The notes: generated by a model from the letters alone, not told the origin. DNA of 62,550 nucleotides from Candidatus Aenigmatarchaeota archaeon (GCA_041489155.1 JBGPQP010000007.1:1-62550), one strand, 5' to 3'. Counted from the first letter of the stretch, positions 1-13,058 are shown. Numbers and translations: made by a program.

Positions 1-221
1 AGGTAAAGGATTTTCGCTTTCTTTACAAGCGGAAATATCTTCAGCCCGTTCTCTATCGCCGCAGCGGGTTTCGAACGCCAAGGATTCCATTCCCTGACTT
101 CGCCGATTTTCTGGACAGTGATCGGCTTGGAATATGTGCTGTCACCTGGGACGAGGTTTTTCGTGAAAATGTGCTCACCCTTCTTCCACACACCTGGGAA
201 GATCTGTTCCATTTTTTCCAT
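1..221 (-). CDS. flpA: Fibrillarin-like rRNA/tRNA 2'-O-methyltransferase, N-terminal part (runs off the window)
   Basis: Manual translation (not in ORF track): MEKMEQIFPGVWKKGEHIFTKNLVPG...VREWNPWRSKPAAAIENGLKIFP...KILYL, matching fibrillarin TKNLxPG / REWNPxRSK / LYLG motifs. Confidence 0.85.
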   Translation of the reverse strand, partial: MEKMEQIFPGVWKKGEHIFTKNLVPGDSTYSKPITVQKIGEVREWNPWRSKPAAAIENGLKIFPLVKKAKILY

Positions 222-242
222 AGTTTTATTTCAGACGTGGGC

Positions 243-1124
243 TTAAAATGTTTTGATTTTTTGCTTGCCTGAGAATTTGTAGCACAGCAGGGAAATGATG
301 AGTTTCGCAGCAAGAGCGTCCGGCGCGCGGTTCGCAGGCGAAGGGCAGAGCTCGACGACGTCAAAGCCGACTATGTTTTTGTTTTTAGAGACGAGCTTCA
401 GGAACTCGAGAACCTGGTACCAGCCTAGACCGCCGGGCTCGGGCGTGCCGGTTGATGGCATTATACCGCTGTCGAAAACGTCTAGATCAAGCGTCACGTA
501 AACGTTCTTCGAGAGCTTTCCCAAAGCCTTCTTCATCCATTTGCTTGAACTGTGGATTTCGTGCGCGTAGAAAATCGCGTCTTTTTTTATGTTCATGAGC
601 TCGGATGAATCCATGCTGCGCACGCCCACGGAAACGGTTTTATCGACCATCTCCTGCACTCTCGCCATCACGCAGGCATGGCTGTACCTGTTATTCTGGT
701 AGGAGTCACGCCTGTCGCTGTGCGCGTCAAGATGGAGGACGCTCAAGTTGCGGAAGAAATCTGCATGCGCCTTTATCGCTCCTATCGAGACTGAATGCTC
801 CCCGCCGAGTGTCACCACGAATTTCCTGTCCTTCAGCAGGTGGGTGATTTTGTCGTAAACCTTTTTGAACAGCTCCTCTGAATTTTTCGCCAGCAGCTCT
901 TCTTCGGTGTATATGCCTTTTCTGTGTATCTCCGAGCCAGTTTCTATGTCGTAATATTCGAGGTTTGCAGAGGCTTCGAGTATCGCTTTAGGTCCTTTGT
1001 CAGCGCCTTTGATCCATGTGCTGGTCCTGTCGAAAGGGACGGGAAGAACGACGATTTTTGAAGCCTCATACGTGGCAAATTCCGCCGGCACGTCAAGAAA
1101 ACCGCGAAGAATTTCTTTTTTCAT
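243..1124 (-). CDS. speB: Agmatinase (ureohydrolase family)
   Basis: GGEHS, HLDAHSD, DLDVFD, TGTPEPGG motifs; start taken at MKKEILRG. Confidence 0.92.
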   Translation of the reverse strand: MKKEILRGFLDVPAEFATYEASKIVVLPVPFDRTSTWIKGADKGPKAILEASANLEYYDIETGSEIHRKGIYTEEELLAKNSEELFKKVYDKITHLLKDRKFVVTLGGEHSVSIGAIKAHADFFRNLSVLHLDAHSDRRDSYQNNRYSHACVMARVQEMVDKTVSVGVRSMDSSELMNIKKDAIFYAHEIHSSSKWMKKALGKLSKNVYVTLDLDVFDSGIMPSTGTPEPGGLGWYQVLEFLKLVSKNKNIVGFDVVELCPSPANRAPDALAAKLIISLLCYKFSGKQKIKTF

Positions 1125-1125
1125 A

Positions 1126-1695
1126 TCATTTTTCCGTGGCCACCACGCTGGTCTGCGGCACAAAAACAGCTGCTACGACCACGGAGGTCCACAATCCGCA
1201 TTTGTTGCCCTCGGCCGACTGGCACGTGTGGGTCGTCTTGAAAATGTGGCCGCTCGCCTTGTATTGCTGCTTTCTTTCATTCCACGCCTTCTCTGGATCG
1301 AAGGGTATGCCAAGCGTCGTCGCAAGCATTGTGGCTGCCAGATCCTCGGCATATTCGCCCGACACCTCTCCCTTTTCGCCAAAGGTGTGGTGCTCGGAAA
1401 GATAGCCGTACGTGTCCTTGTTTTTGGGAACGGCGAGGCCAAGCGCTGCTGATATGAGCCTGTTAGGCTCGTTTGTCTCGTTCCTTGCCATGACACAGAA
1501 AACGACTTCGCCCGGGTTGAGGAATTTCAGGCCTTGCTCCCTGGTGACGATTTCGCATTTTGGCGGGTAAATGCTCGAAACGTTCACAAGATTGAATTTC
1601 TCTATGCCCGCGCACCTGAGGGCCGCCTCGAAAGAAGCGAGCCTGTCCTTGTGGACGCCGACTCCCTTGACGAAAAAGACTTTCGCAGGAATCAT
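1126..1695 (-). CDS. pdaD: Pyruvoyl-dependent arginine decarboxylase
   Basis: [24 protein letters not shown] with Ser-Ser self-cleavage site; YGYLSEHH. Confidence 0.92.
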   Translation of the reverse strand: MIPAKVFFVKGVGVHKDRLASFEAALRCAGIEKFNLVNVSSIYPPKCEIVTREQGLKFLNPGEVVFCVMARNETNEPNRLISAALGLAVPKNKDTYGYLSEHHTFGEKGEVSGEYAEDLAATMLATTLGIPFDPEKAWNERKQQYKASGHIFKTTHTCQSAEGNKCGLWTSVVVAAVFVPQTSVVATEK

Positions 1696-1889
1696 ATATC
1701 ATCTTTTTGTTTTTTTAGCTAATTAAATTTTTTGCAAATTTGGAAGTTTTTTTGTTTTTTTAAAAAATTTTTAATAAATAAAATAAAGCGCATTTGTATT
1801 TAAAAAGTTTTTCTGTTTTTTCAGAAAAATTTTATGTTTTCTGTAGATTATTGAATTAAGCTTTTATTGAAAGCAAAACAAATATAAAA

Positions 1890-2828
1890 ATGATTGTAGT
1901 TGCAATCGCCATTTTTGCGGTAGCGCTCCTTGTTCTGATTAAAGCATCGAAATGGGTAATAGACGCTTCGATAACGATATCGGAATACACCGGCATATCG
2001 CAGCTGGCGATAGGCTTCATTCTCGTCGCCTTTTCGGTTTCAGCGCCGGACCTGACCGTTTCTGTCCTTGCGACTCTCGGCGGCATGGCGCCCATGGCCA
2101 TAGGAGACGCACTCGGATCAAGCATCGCGAACATATGCCTCGTACTCGGCGTCGTTACGCTTGTCAGGAGAATAAGAGTCGAAAGAATCCACACGCTCGA
2201 AAGCGCGGAGCTCCTGCTGCTGATAAGCATAATACCTGCCATAATACTGTCGAAGGGCATAGTCGGGCCGATTGAAGGCGTGATACTGCTTATAGTGTTC
2301 GTCCTCTACTGTTTTTTCGTGTTCAAGGACAAATTCACCCTGAACATAAAGGACGGCATAACCAGAAAGGAATGGAGATCTGCCCTGTTCTTCTTCTTCC
2401 TGGGAGTTGCCATGGTAATCGCAAGCGCCCATTTCGTGGTCACGTCGGCGGCTGAAATAGCGACGTTCGCCGGGATTTCGGAGGCTGTCATAGGCCTGAC
2501 GCTGATATCATTCGGCACGACCCTTCCGGAGCTTGCGCTGGACTTCACCGCGATAAGAAAAGGCCAGTGCGCCCTGGCGGTCGGTGACATACTGGGCAGC
2601 ACGGTCGTGAACCTGACGCTGATACTTGGCACGATTCTTCTGATGTCGCCGGCAGGCGGGCTTGTCCTCGTCTCATACACCATCCCTCTCGCCTTCATAA
2701 TAATAGCGAATTCGTTCCTGTTCTACAGCCTGGTAAAGCGCGAGAGCATCAACCACAGGGAAGGCATTATATTCATACTGCTTTACGTCATCTTCCTGCT
2801 GGTGATGATAACAACAAAAGCTCTTTGA
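1890..2828 (+). CDS. Cation:Ca2+ antiporter (YrbG/CaCA family)
   Basis: Multi-TM protein with two alpha repeats (FSVSAPD...GDALGSS; FGTTLPE...GDILGST). Confidence 0.85.
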   Translation: MIVVAIAIFAVALLVLIKASKWVIDASITISEYTGISQLAIGFILVAFSVSAPDLTVSVLATLGGMAPMAIGDALGSSIANICLVLGVVTLVRRIRVERIHTLESAELLLLISIIPAIILSKGIVGPIEGVILLIVFVLYCFFVFKDKFTLNIKDGITRKEWRSALFFFFLGVAMVIASAHFVVTSAAEIATFAGISEAVIGLTLISFGTTLPELALDFTAIRKGQCALAVGDILGSTVVNLTLILGTILLMSPAGGLVLVSYTIPLAFIIIANSFLFYSLVKRESINHREGIIFILLYVIFLLVMITTKAL

Positions 2829-2865
2829 GCAACTAAACGAAATAAAAGAGAATCGGAAATTTAAT

Positions 2866-3933
2866 TTACTTTTGCTCGAAAAGCCACGAGAAGTCCATGC
2901 CCTTTCTCCTGGTCTTCACTTTTTCGGCCAGGGCGTGCGCGACTATCGGCAACGCGATGGTGGCGTCGCAGTAGCATTGCACGAAGCCGCCTTCTTCGGT
3001 TTCCTTGCCCCAAGAAATCGCTTCCTCGAACGTCGCCCCTGAAAGGCCGCCCCACTGGGGCGAATCAGTCGTTATCTGGACCGCGTACCTGTGCGGGTAA
3101 TAAGTCTCGTCGGTTCCCTTCCTCGTGAGGGCGTTTTTCCTGTTGGGTATTTTTCTCTGCGTGTAAAGGAGGTCGCTCGTGACGGCGAGCAGCTGGATGA
3201 AATCCTTCGGGACGCCGCCGCCGATGTACACTACGCCCGTGTTTTTCACCTTCTCCCCCATGCTCATGAATTCTATGTAATCCTTGACCCCATCGAGTGT
3301 CAGCGTGAAATTCTTGCTTTTTGCGATGAGGGCTGCGTCTCCGTAGGGGCTGTCTATTATGGCGGGGCAGAATATCGGGACCTTGTTTTCGGCTGCTACA
3401 GCGACTATGCTTTTTATGCCTTTTTTGGAAAGCCACTTGCCGAAGAGATAAAGAAACTCTCTAGAGGAATACTTATGATCCTCCTTGAGCGTCATTATGA
3501 AATCGGCAATCATTTCCGTCATAACCATGTAATCGTTCTCCTTGCCGTAGACGTCATAGTATCTGTTCAGGCCTTCGTTGAAAACGTGCCTGTCGTCAAC
3601 CATATGGCTGCCCTGGAAATATGTGAAGCCCATGGCTTCGATTATGTCCTCTGAAATGTTGGCTCCGGTCGAAACCAGAACGTCGATGTAGTGGTTTTCT
3701 ATAAGCCATTTTATTATTTTCCACTGGCCTGTCGTTGACAGCGAGCCTGCGTAGCCGAGCAGGATGGTGACGTCCTTTTCCTTTATCATCCTTTCCAGCA
3801 TCTCAACTGTCTCTGCGAGCTTTTTTCCCTGGAAACCTGTTTTTGCCATGTCGTCCAAAAGGCGGGAAATTGATTTGCCAGAGCCGACTTCAATGGCTCT
3901 GACTTTTTTGTCGAAAACGAGTTTTTTTGTCAT
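2866..3933 (-). CDS. Deoxyhypusine synthase-like protein (DHS / homospermidine synthase family)
   Basis: STGAN, PAIIDS, IGGGVPKDF, GGLSGATFEEAISWGK (catalytic Lys), DATIALP. Confidence 0.9.
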   Translation of the reverse strand: MTKKLVFDKKVRAIEVGSGKSISRLLDDMAKTGFQGKKLAETVEMLERMIKEKDVTILLGYAGSLSTTGQWKIIKWLIENHYIDVLVSTGANISEDIIEAMGFTYFQGSHMVDDRHVFNEGLNRYYDVYGKENDYMVMTEMIADFIMTLKEDHKYSSREFLYLFGKWLSKKGIKSIVAVAAENKVPIFCPAIIDSPYGDAALIAKSKNFTLTLDGVKDYIEFMSMGEKVKNTGVVYIGGGVPKDFIQLLAVTSDLLYTQRKIPNRKNALTRKGTDETYYPHRYAVQITTDSPQWGGLSGATFEEAISWGKETEEGGFVQCYCDATIALPIVAHALAEKVKTRRKGMDFSWLFEQK

Positions 3934-4260
3934 GCTTCAAATAATTCATTTCATATTTATAAAGTTTTTTATTTTTCCAAAAATTTTTCAAGAATTTTAT
4001 TTTTCAAAATTTATTTTATGAAAAATTTTTTAAACATCAAAAAATTCCAGTTGAAAAAATTTCATTTCAAAATTAGTTGAATTTTTAATTGCAAAATTTC
4101 GTGCAATTTTATAATATAATTGCTATAAAATTACTTGTTAAAAATAGCGAATTGCTGGCGGCGATTTATCGAATTTATATACAAGATTTAACCTTTATAT
4201 ATTAATTAATTATATATAATATTAATTAATTAGACGCAATTCTGAGAGCCAGGTTTATAG

Positions 4261-6351
<2,091 letters not shown>

Positions 6352-6369
6352 TTCATATGGAAAGATATC

Positions 6370-8859
6370 ATGACGGCGAAAGAAGATTCCAACCCGAAGG
6401 AAGCTGGTGACGCGCAGAAGAAGGAAGACATCCGCGCGCGCGTCATCGAGGAGGAAATGAAAGAGAGTTATCTCGATTACTCGATGTCCGTAATTGTCGG
6501 ACGCGCCTTGCCTGACGTACGCGACGGCCTGAAACCGGTGCACAGAAGAATACTGCACGCCATGAACGAGATGGGCATGCACCATTCCAAGCCCTTCAAG
6601 AAGTCCGCGAGGATCGTAGGCGAGGTCCTTGGCAAATACCACCCGCACGGCGACCAGGCCGTCTATGACACGATGGTCCGCATGGTCCAGCCATTCTCGC
6701 TGCGCTATCCGCTCATAGACGGGCAGGGCAATTTCGGAAGCGTCGACGGCGACGCGGCGGCAGCGATGCGTTACACCGAGGCGAGGATGTCGAGAGTCGC
6801 CGAGGAAATGCTCGCGGACATAGAGAAAGCGACTGTTGAGTTCAGGCCGAATTTCGACGGCTCGCTTAAGGAGCCCGCGCTCATGCCGAGCAAATTCCCA
6901 AACCTCATAGTAAACGGTTCTTCCGGCATTGCGGTCGGCATGGCGACCAACATACCGCCGCATAACCTCAACGAAGTCGCCGACGGCATAATCGCTGCGA
7001 TAGAAAAGCCTGGCATAACGCTCGAAGATCTCATGCGCCACATCAGGGGGCCGGATTTCCCGACCGGCGGCATGATAATGGGGAAGACTGGTTTGATCCA
7101 GGCCTACACCACGGGCAGGGGCGGCATAACCGTCCGAGGACGAGCTGAAATCGAAGGCCGCGGCAAGGACAGGGAAAGAATTATCATCACAGAACTTCCT
7201 TATCAGGTGAACAAGGCGAGGCTCGTCGAGGAAATGGCGAGGCTCGCGAGAGACAAGGTGATAAAGGGGATAACCAACATCCGCGACGAGTCGGACAAGG
7301 AAGGCATGCGCGTGGTCATCGACGTCTCCCAGAACTTCCCTGCCGACGTCGTGCTAAGCCATCTTTACAAGCACACCCAGCTGCAGACGACCTTCGGCAT
7401 AATCATGCTTTCGCTGGTCGACGGCCAGCCGCGCGTTCTCAGCCTAAAGGAGATGGTAGAGGAGTTCATCAAGCACAGGAAGGACGTCGTCATAAAGCGC
7501 ACGAAATTCGAATTGAACGAGGCGAGCGAGAAAGCGCATATTCTAGAAGGCCTGCTCGTCGCGCTCAACGACATAGACAACGTAATAAAAACGATAAAGG
7601 CGTCGGACACAGTCGAGGACGCCAAAAAATATCTGATAGAGAAATTCAAGCTCAGCCCGAAGCAGGCGCAGGCGATACTTGAGATGCGCCTGCAGAAGCT
7701 CGCTTCCCTCGAACGCAAGAGAATCAAGGACGAACACGGTGAGCTGCTCAAGCTCATCGAGGAACTGAAGGACATCCTTGCAAAGGAGGAGAGAATCTAC
7801 GGGATAGTAAAGAAGGAGCTGGCGGAGCTGAAGAAGAAATATGGTGATGACAGGCGGACGGAGCTGATGGACGTAACGGAGTGCATCGAAGATCTTGAAG
7901 ACGACCGCCTGATAAAGCAGGAGGACGTCGTCATAACGCTTTCCGACGACGATTACGTGAAACGCATCCCTCTTGCGGAATACAAGCAGCAGAGGCGCGG
8001 CGGCAAGGGAGTCATAGCAACGAAGACGAAGGAGGGCGACATAGTGAAGGAGATTTACGTGATGAACACCCACGATTACCTGCTCTGCTTCACCAGCAAA
8101 GGCAAGGTCCACTGGATGAAGGCCTACAAGATTCCCGAGGCAGGCCGCTATGCCCGCGGCAAGCCCGTCGTCAACATCCTGAGACTCGAGGAAGGCGAGA
8201 GGCTGCGCGACTTCATACCCGTGCAGAAATTCGAGGAAGGCAAGTTCATATTCTTCGTCACGAAGAAGGGCTTGGTAAAAAAGACGTCGCTGGCCGAATA
8301 CGACAATCCAAGGAGCGGCGGCATAATAGCCATAAAGCTGAACGAGGATGACGACCTTGTCACTGCATGGCTGACGGACGGCAAGGAAAACATTGTAATC
8401 GCCACGAAACAAGGCTATGCCATAAGGTTCAGCGAGGCTGATGTCAGGCCGACGGGCAGGGCGTCGCACGGCGTGCGCGGCATCCGTCTCCGAAAGAAGG
8501 ACGAGGTCGTGGGCATGAGCAAGGTCGAGAGCGGGCGATCGCTTTTCACCGTCACCGAAAACGGCTTCGGCAAGAGGACGAAATTCGAGCTCTACAGGAA
8601 GCAGAGGCGCGGCGGCAAGGGCGTCAAGAACATGAAAGTCACGATCAAGAACGGCAGCGTCGTTGGTATAATCGCCCTAAAAGACAAGGACGAGATCATG
8701 TTCGTCTCCAAGGAAGGCCAGATAATACGCACGATGGCCGACCAGATTTCAGAGATAGGCCGCGCGACCCAGGGCGTTCGAGTGATGAGACTGAACCCGA
8801 AGGACTATCTCGTCTCTTTCGCGAGGATTTGTGAAGATGCCACAACGTCTCCTGTTTAA
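6370..8859 (+). CDS. gyrA: DNA gyrase subunit A
   Basis: YHPHGD, AAMRYTE catalytic Tyr, GyrA-box QRRGGKG, C-terminal pinwheel repeats. Confidence 0.96.
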   Translation: MTAKEDSNPKEAGDAQKKEDIRARVIEEEMKESYLDYSMSVIVGRALPDVRDGLKPVHRRILHAMNEMGMHHSKPFKKSARIVGEVLGKYHPHGDQAVYDTMVRMVQPFSLRYPLIDGQGNFGSVDGDAAAAMRYTEARMSRVAEEMLADIEKATVEFRPNFDGSLKEPALMPSKFPNLIVNGSSGIAVGMATNIPPHNLNEVADGIIAAIEKPGITLEDLMRHIRGPDFPTGGMIMGKTGLIQAYTTGRGGITVRGRAEIEGRGKDRERIIITELPYQVNKARLVEEMARLARDKVIKGITNIRDESDKEGMRVVIDVSQNFPADVVLSHLYKHTQLQTTFGIIMLSLVDGQPRVLSLKEMVEEFIKHRKDVVIKRTKFELNEASEKAHILEGLLVALNDIDNVIKTIKASDTVEDAKKYLIEKFKLSPKQAQAILEMRLQKLASLERKRIKDEHGELLKLIEELKDILAKEERIYGIVKKELAELKKKYGDDRRTELMDVTECIEDLEDDRLIKQEDVVITLSDDDYVKRIPLAEYKQQRRGGKGVIATKTKEGDIVKEIYVMNTHDYLLCFTSKGKVHWMKAYKIPEAGRYARGKPVVNILRLEEGERLRDFIPVQKFEEGKFIFFVTKKGLVKKTSLAEYDNPRSGGIIAIKLNEDDDLVTAWLTDGKENIVIATKQGYAIRFSEADVRPTGRASHGVRGIRLRKKDEVVGMSKVESGRSLFTVTENGFGKRTKFELYRKQRRGGKGVKNMKVTIKNGSVVGIIALKDKDEIMFVSKEGQIIRTMADQISEIGRATQGVRVMRLNPKDYLVSFARICEDATTSPV

Positions 8860-8909
8860 ACGGGTTTCCAACTTTTTAAGCATCGAAACAACCCTTTATA
8901 GTGGAGGGT

Positions 8910-11402
8910 ATGGTGGAAAGGCTTGAATTCCTACTCCTTGATATAGACTACGTTCTGGAAAACGACAAGCCCGTCATCAGGATGTGGGGCAAAACGAAGG
9001 ATGGAAGGACGGTTCTGGCGAACGACCGGAATTTCAGGCCTTATTTTTACATAGAGATCGACGAGTCAGCCGGCTTCGACATGGGCATCTTTAGGGGCAA
9101 ACTCGCTGCGTTACAGGATTTCGCCAACAAGATAAACGGGGTCGAAATCGTGGAGAAGAACCTGCTTGGCGAAGCCAAAAGGTTCGCGAAAATCGTGTTG
9201 CAGGAACCGGGCGACGTCAACAATCTCAGGCGGATTGTCGAGGGATGGACCGAGGCGAAGAAGCCTTTCGAATACGACATCCCTTTTTACAGGCGCTACC
9301 TGATAGATAAAAACCTGACCCCGTGCGAGTGGGTAGCCGCAGAAGGTAATGTTAATAAGAGCGGGGGAAGCGGCGAGGCCGCTGAGGTAATCGAGGTTGC
9401 CGGCATAGCGCCGTCTAAAGGCGAAAGCCCGAAATTCCAGACCATGGCACTGGACATCGAGGTTTACGGCGACGAGGTGATAATGGTCTCGCTGGTCGGG
9501 CCGGGCTACAGGAAAGCGCTTACTTACGGATGGAAGGGCGCGAGGCACGCTGACACGGAGATGTACGCCGGCGAGAAGGAGATGCTCGAAGAGCTTGTGA
9601 AAATCGTACAGGAGAAAGACCCGGACGTAATAGTCACCTACAACGGCGACCTTTTCGATTTCGTGAAGCTGAGGGAACGGGCGAATTTCCACAAAGTTTC
9701 CCTGAATTTCGGCAGGGACGGCAGCCACATGGAATTCGTCAAGCGCGGCAGGCTTTTCCCTGCCTCAATCCCCGGGCGGGTGCATATAGATGTCTATAAT
9801 TTCATAGCGAACGTCCTTGCCGACACGATGGAGTCCGAGACGCTGACGCTGGACATGGTTTCAAAGGAGCTGCTCGGCTACGGCAAGGAGCCGCTTGACT
9901 GGAAGCAGATGGAAGACGTCTGGAAGGAAAGGAAGGATCTCGCGACCATCGCAGACTATTGTCTCCGTGATTCCGAGCTGACTTTCAAGCTTTCCGACAG
10001 ACTGCTGCCGCAGATTTTCGAGCTTTCCAAGATCGTCGGACAGACGCCATTCGATACGTCACGCATGGCGTATTCGCAGCTGGTGGAGTGGATGCTCATA
10101 AGGAAGGCGAAGGAAAGAGGCGAGATCGCGCTCAACCGGCCGGACATGAAGGAGATGGGACACCGCCGCGAGGCAGCGCCTTATGAAGGAGGCTACGTGC
10201 TCATGCCCGAGCCGGGGATACACGAGAACATCGCGCTGTTCGACTTCGCGAGCCTGTACCCGACGACGATAATCACGCATAACATCTCGCCTGAGACGCT
10301 GGACAAGGACGGCAGTGACAAGAGGAACGCCGTCCCTGGCAGCGAGCATTATTTTTCGCTTAGCAAAAAGGGCTTCATACCGTCAATAATCGAGGAGCTG
10401 GTCAGGAAAAGGGCGGCGATAAAGAGGGAAATGGAAACAGCGCAGCCCGGGTCGCAGAAGTACAAGGATCTTTACAGCAGGCAGTACGCGCTGAAAATAC
10501 TTGCGAACGCGAGCTACGGCTACTACGCCTACGCCGGCTCGCGCTGGTACTCGAGGATATGCGCCATGTCCATCGCAGCCTTCGGCAGGCATTACATCCA
10601 GAAGGTCATAAGCTACGCCAAGGCGAAGGGCTTCAACGTTATCTATGGCGACACCGATTCGCTGTTCATCGCGGACTGCAGCGAGGCCGGGGCGAACAAA
10701 TTCCTACGCGAAATCAACGAAACGCTGCCAGGCGTCATGGAGATGGACCTGGAAGGCATATACAAGGCCGGCATATTCGTGCCCGCGAAGACGGGGATGA
10801 CGGCGAAGAAGCGCTACGCGCTACTCGACGAAAACGGCAGGATAACGATACGCGGCCTGGAAAAGGTAAGAAGGGACTGGTGCAGCATCGCGAAAGACAC
10901 GCAGGAAAGCGTCCTGATGGCGATACTCAGGGACAGGGACGCGAAGAAAGCTGTCAGCCTTGTCCAAGAAGTGATAAACAGAATAAACACCGGCGACATC
11001 GACCCGAAGGATCTCGTAATATACACGCAGCTCACGAAGCCTCTTGAGAAATACGAACAGATAGGCCCCCACGTCGCAGCCGCGAAGAAATACGCCGCAC
11101 GCGGCCAGCCTGTGAAGGAAGGCTCGGTAATAGGCTATGTGATTACGAGGGGCGAAGGCTCGATATCGAACCGCGCCGAGCCCTTTGAATACGCGCAGAA
11201 TTACGATCCGGATTATTACATAAACAACCAGATCCTGCCGGCAGCGATGCGCATCCTCAACGCCGTCGGCTTCACCGAGGACGACGTCATCAACCCTTCC
11301 GCCAAAACCCAGAGCTCGCTGGACGCCTTCGTCAGGAAGCCGAGAAAAAAGAGCGGTCACCCGGCGGGCAAGGGAAAAATCACAAGAAGTAAGAATGCCT
11401 GA
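8910..11402 (+). CDS. polB: Family B DNA polymerase with proofreading exonuclease
   Basis: Exo motifs LDIE, YNGDLFD, YCLRD; polymerase motifs DFASLYP, KILANASYGY, YGDTDS. Confidence 0.95.
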   Translation: MVERLEFLLLDIDYVLENDKPVIRMWGKTKDGRTVLANDRNFRPYFYIEIDESAGFDMGIFRGKLAALQDFANKINGVEIVEKNLLGEAKRFAKIVLQEPGDVNNLRRIVEGWTEAKKPFEYDIPFYRRYLIDKNLTPCEWVAAEGNVNKSGGSGEAAEVIEVAGIAPSKGESPKFQTMALDIEVYGDEVIMVSLVGPGYRKALTYGWKGARHADTEMYAGEKEMLEELVKIVQEKDPDVIVTYNGDLFDFVKLRERANFHKVSLNFGRDGSHMEFVKRGRLFPASIPGRVHIDVYNFIANVLADTMESETLTLDMVSKELLGYGKEPLDWKQMEDVWKERKDLATIADYCLRDSELTFKLSDRLLPQIFELSKIVGQTPFDTSRMAYSQLVEWMLIRKAKERGEIALNRPDMKEMGHRREAAPYEGGYVLMPEPGIHENIALFDFASLYPTTIITHNISPETLDKDGSDKRNAVPGSEHYFSLSKKGFIPSIIEELVRKRAAIKREMETAQPGSQKYKDLYSRQYALKILANASYGYYAYAGSRWYSRICAMSIAAFGRHYIQKVISYAKAKGFNVIYGDTDSLFIADCSEAGANKFLREINETLPGVMEMDLEGIYKAGIFVPAKTGMTAKKRYALLDENGRITIRGLEKVRRDWCSIAKDTQESVLMAILRDRDAKKAVSLVQEVINRINTGDIDPKDLVIYTQLTKPLEKYEQIGPHVAAAKKYAARGQPVKEGSVIGYVITRGEGSISNRAEPFEYAQNYDPDYYINNQILPAAMRILNAVGFTEDDVINPSAKTQSSLDAFVRKPRKKSGHPAGKGKITRSKNA

Positions 11403-11407
11403 ATTTT

Positions 11408-11848
11408 CTAAAGCTTCTTCTCCATCACCAGCCTCGTCTTCCTGTAGTTCATCTTCCCGTAAAGCCTCAGGGCCGGCTCATTGGTGTGCGTGACCTTGAG
11501 CTCCATCCTGCCAGCACCTTTCGAAGCGAGGTATTTTTCAGCGTGCTTCAGCAGGCGTTCGGCCAGGCCGCCATTCCTGTGGCTTTCGTCTATGAAAAGC
11601 TGGTGCAGGCAGCCGTGCCTGCCCATGTCGCTGCGCACGAGGCCGAACCAGATGTAGCCTATTATCTTCCCTTCGCCTTCCAGGACCTGTATCCACTCCG
11701 GATGCGCTTCTGCGCATTTCAGGATGCGCTTAGCGAATCTTTCCTCGTCGAGCGAATGCCCTGGAAAGCTCGTTGGCATGCTCCTACGCTTGAAGTCCAT
11801 TACGTGCGGCAGGTCCTCCTGCCTGAAATTCCTCTGTATTATCACCAT
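11408..11848 (-). CDS. GNAT family acetyltransferase
   Basis: LFIDESHRNGGLAERLL acetyl-CoA motif; NEPALRLYGKMNY. Confidence 0.85.
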   Translation of the reverse strand: MVIIQRNFRQEDLPHVMDFKRRSMPTSFPGHSLDEERFAKRILKCAEAHPEWIQVLEGEGKIIGYIWFGLVRSDMGRHGCLHQLFIDESHRNGGLAERLLKHAEKYLASKGAGRMELKVTHTNEPALRLYGKMNYRKTRLVMEKKL

Positions 11849-11926
11849 AGAATCGCCCGGCAGTTATTTATTAAAATAGGAATATTAATATCATTAATCT
11901 ACAGCGTCTGACGCAAGACGTTGAAT

Positions 11927-12100
11927 GCCGATGTGGCTCAGTGGTTAGAGCACCGCGCTCATATCTTTTTGGATTATGAGATTCGAGATGCGTCTTCTGA
12001 CGCATCGGTGACAGGGAAACGCGGGGGCCGGGGGTTCAATAAACCCTTTCGCACAGAGAAAACGTTTGCGGAAAGGGGTTTGAAATTCCCCCCATCGGCA
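11927..12100 (+). tRNA. tRNA-Met(CAT), probably elongator, with two introns (37/38 at about 11964-12018; 59/60 at 12041-12086)
   Basis: Acceptor GCCGATG/CATCGGC, D stem GCTC/GAGC, anticodon stem CCGCG/CGCGG with CT-CAT-A, T stem GGGGG/CCCCC; removing both inserts restores a cloverleaf; CCA not encoded. Confidence 0.88.
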
Positions 12101-12127
12101 TTCTGATGATTAGGGGGTGGATCTGGT

Positions 12128-13015
12128 ATGGCAAAAAGAGTCAAGACAAGAAAGCAGGTAGAAAAATTCGAGTCACTCAAGGATAAGACAGGCCACATGA
12201 AGAAGGAGAAGATAGACAAGGCCATCGAGTTAGAGGGCAAGAAGAGAATCGAGATAATCAAGGAAAGCGGTAAAAAGAAGGGCATACCCCTTGCATACGC
12301 TGTCCTTATCGTGATTGTGATAGCGGCGATCGGCGCTGTCCTGATTCTGATGACGCCTTCCACAACGGGCAAAAATGCAGTGAAGGCGGGCGATGTCGTG
12401 CAGATAGCCTACGCCCTTAAGCTGGCGAACGGCAACACGCTAGAACAAGGCAATTTCACCTTCAAGGTCGGCGCAGGCGAGGCGATAGCAGGCGTTGACG
12501 AGGCTGTGGTGGGGATGAAAACGGGCGAAAGGAAGACTGTGACAATCCCGCCGGAAAAGGCGTACGGCTACCCTGATCCTTTCAACATAATAGACGTCCC
12601 GCTTTACCAGGTGCTGAACATGACCGAGTCGCTGACCGTCGAGCAGTTCAACCAGTCGTTCGGCTTCGAACCTGAACTGAACAAGGCGTACCAGTTCGAG
12701 GGCATGAACTGGCCGATGAGGGTCATAACGATAGCGAACGGGACTGTCACGCTGAAGCACGAGCCCTATAACGGGTCACAATACGAGCTGAAAGACAGCT
12801 TCGGCAGCATCTACGGCACTGCGAAAGTCACCGTCCTCGGCGACCAGATAAGGATAGACAGCATGCCCATAAACGGCAGCGAGGTCTATACGGTAATCGG
12901 CCTTGGCAGAATAATCGGCTTCAATGAGACGCACATGAAGATGGATTTCAACCACAAACTCGCCGGACAAACACTGACGTTCGACCTGACGGTGCTCAAC
13001 TTCGTTCCCTACTAA
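12128..13015 (+). CDS. Membrane-anchored FKBP-type peptidyl-prolyl isomerase with large insert
   Basis: TM helix, then VKAGDVVQIAY, GVDEAVVGMKTGERKTVTIPPEKAYG, DFNHKLAGQTLTF. Confidence 0.88.
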   Translation: MAKRVKTRKQVEKFESLKDKTGHMKKEKIDKAIELEGKKRIEIIKESGKKKGIPLAYAVLIVIVIAAIGAVLILMTPSTTGKNAVKAGDVVQIAYALKLANGNTLEQGNFTFKVGAGEAIAGVDEAVVGMKTGERKTVTIPPEKAYGYPDPFNIIDVPLYQVLNMTESLTVEQFNQSFGFEPELNKAYQFEGMNWPMRVITIANGTVTLKHEPYNGSQYELKDSFGSIYGTAKVTVLGDQIRIDSMPINGSEVYTVIGLGRIIGFNETHMKMDFNHKLAGQTLTFDLTVLNFVPY

Positions 13016-13058
13016 AAAGGCATTCATTTTTGCCTTTTCCTTTTGTTTTTAAGAAATT

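Noticed and set aside
11921..12106. 61-aa ORF in the track
   Set aside because: Coincides with the double-intron tRNA-Met gene
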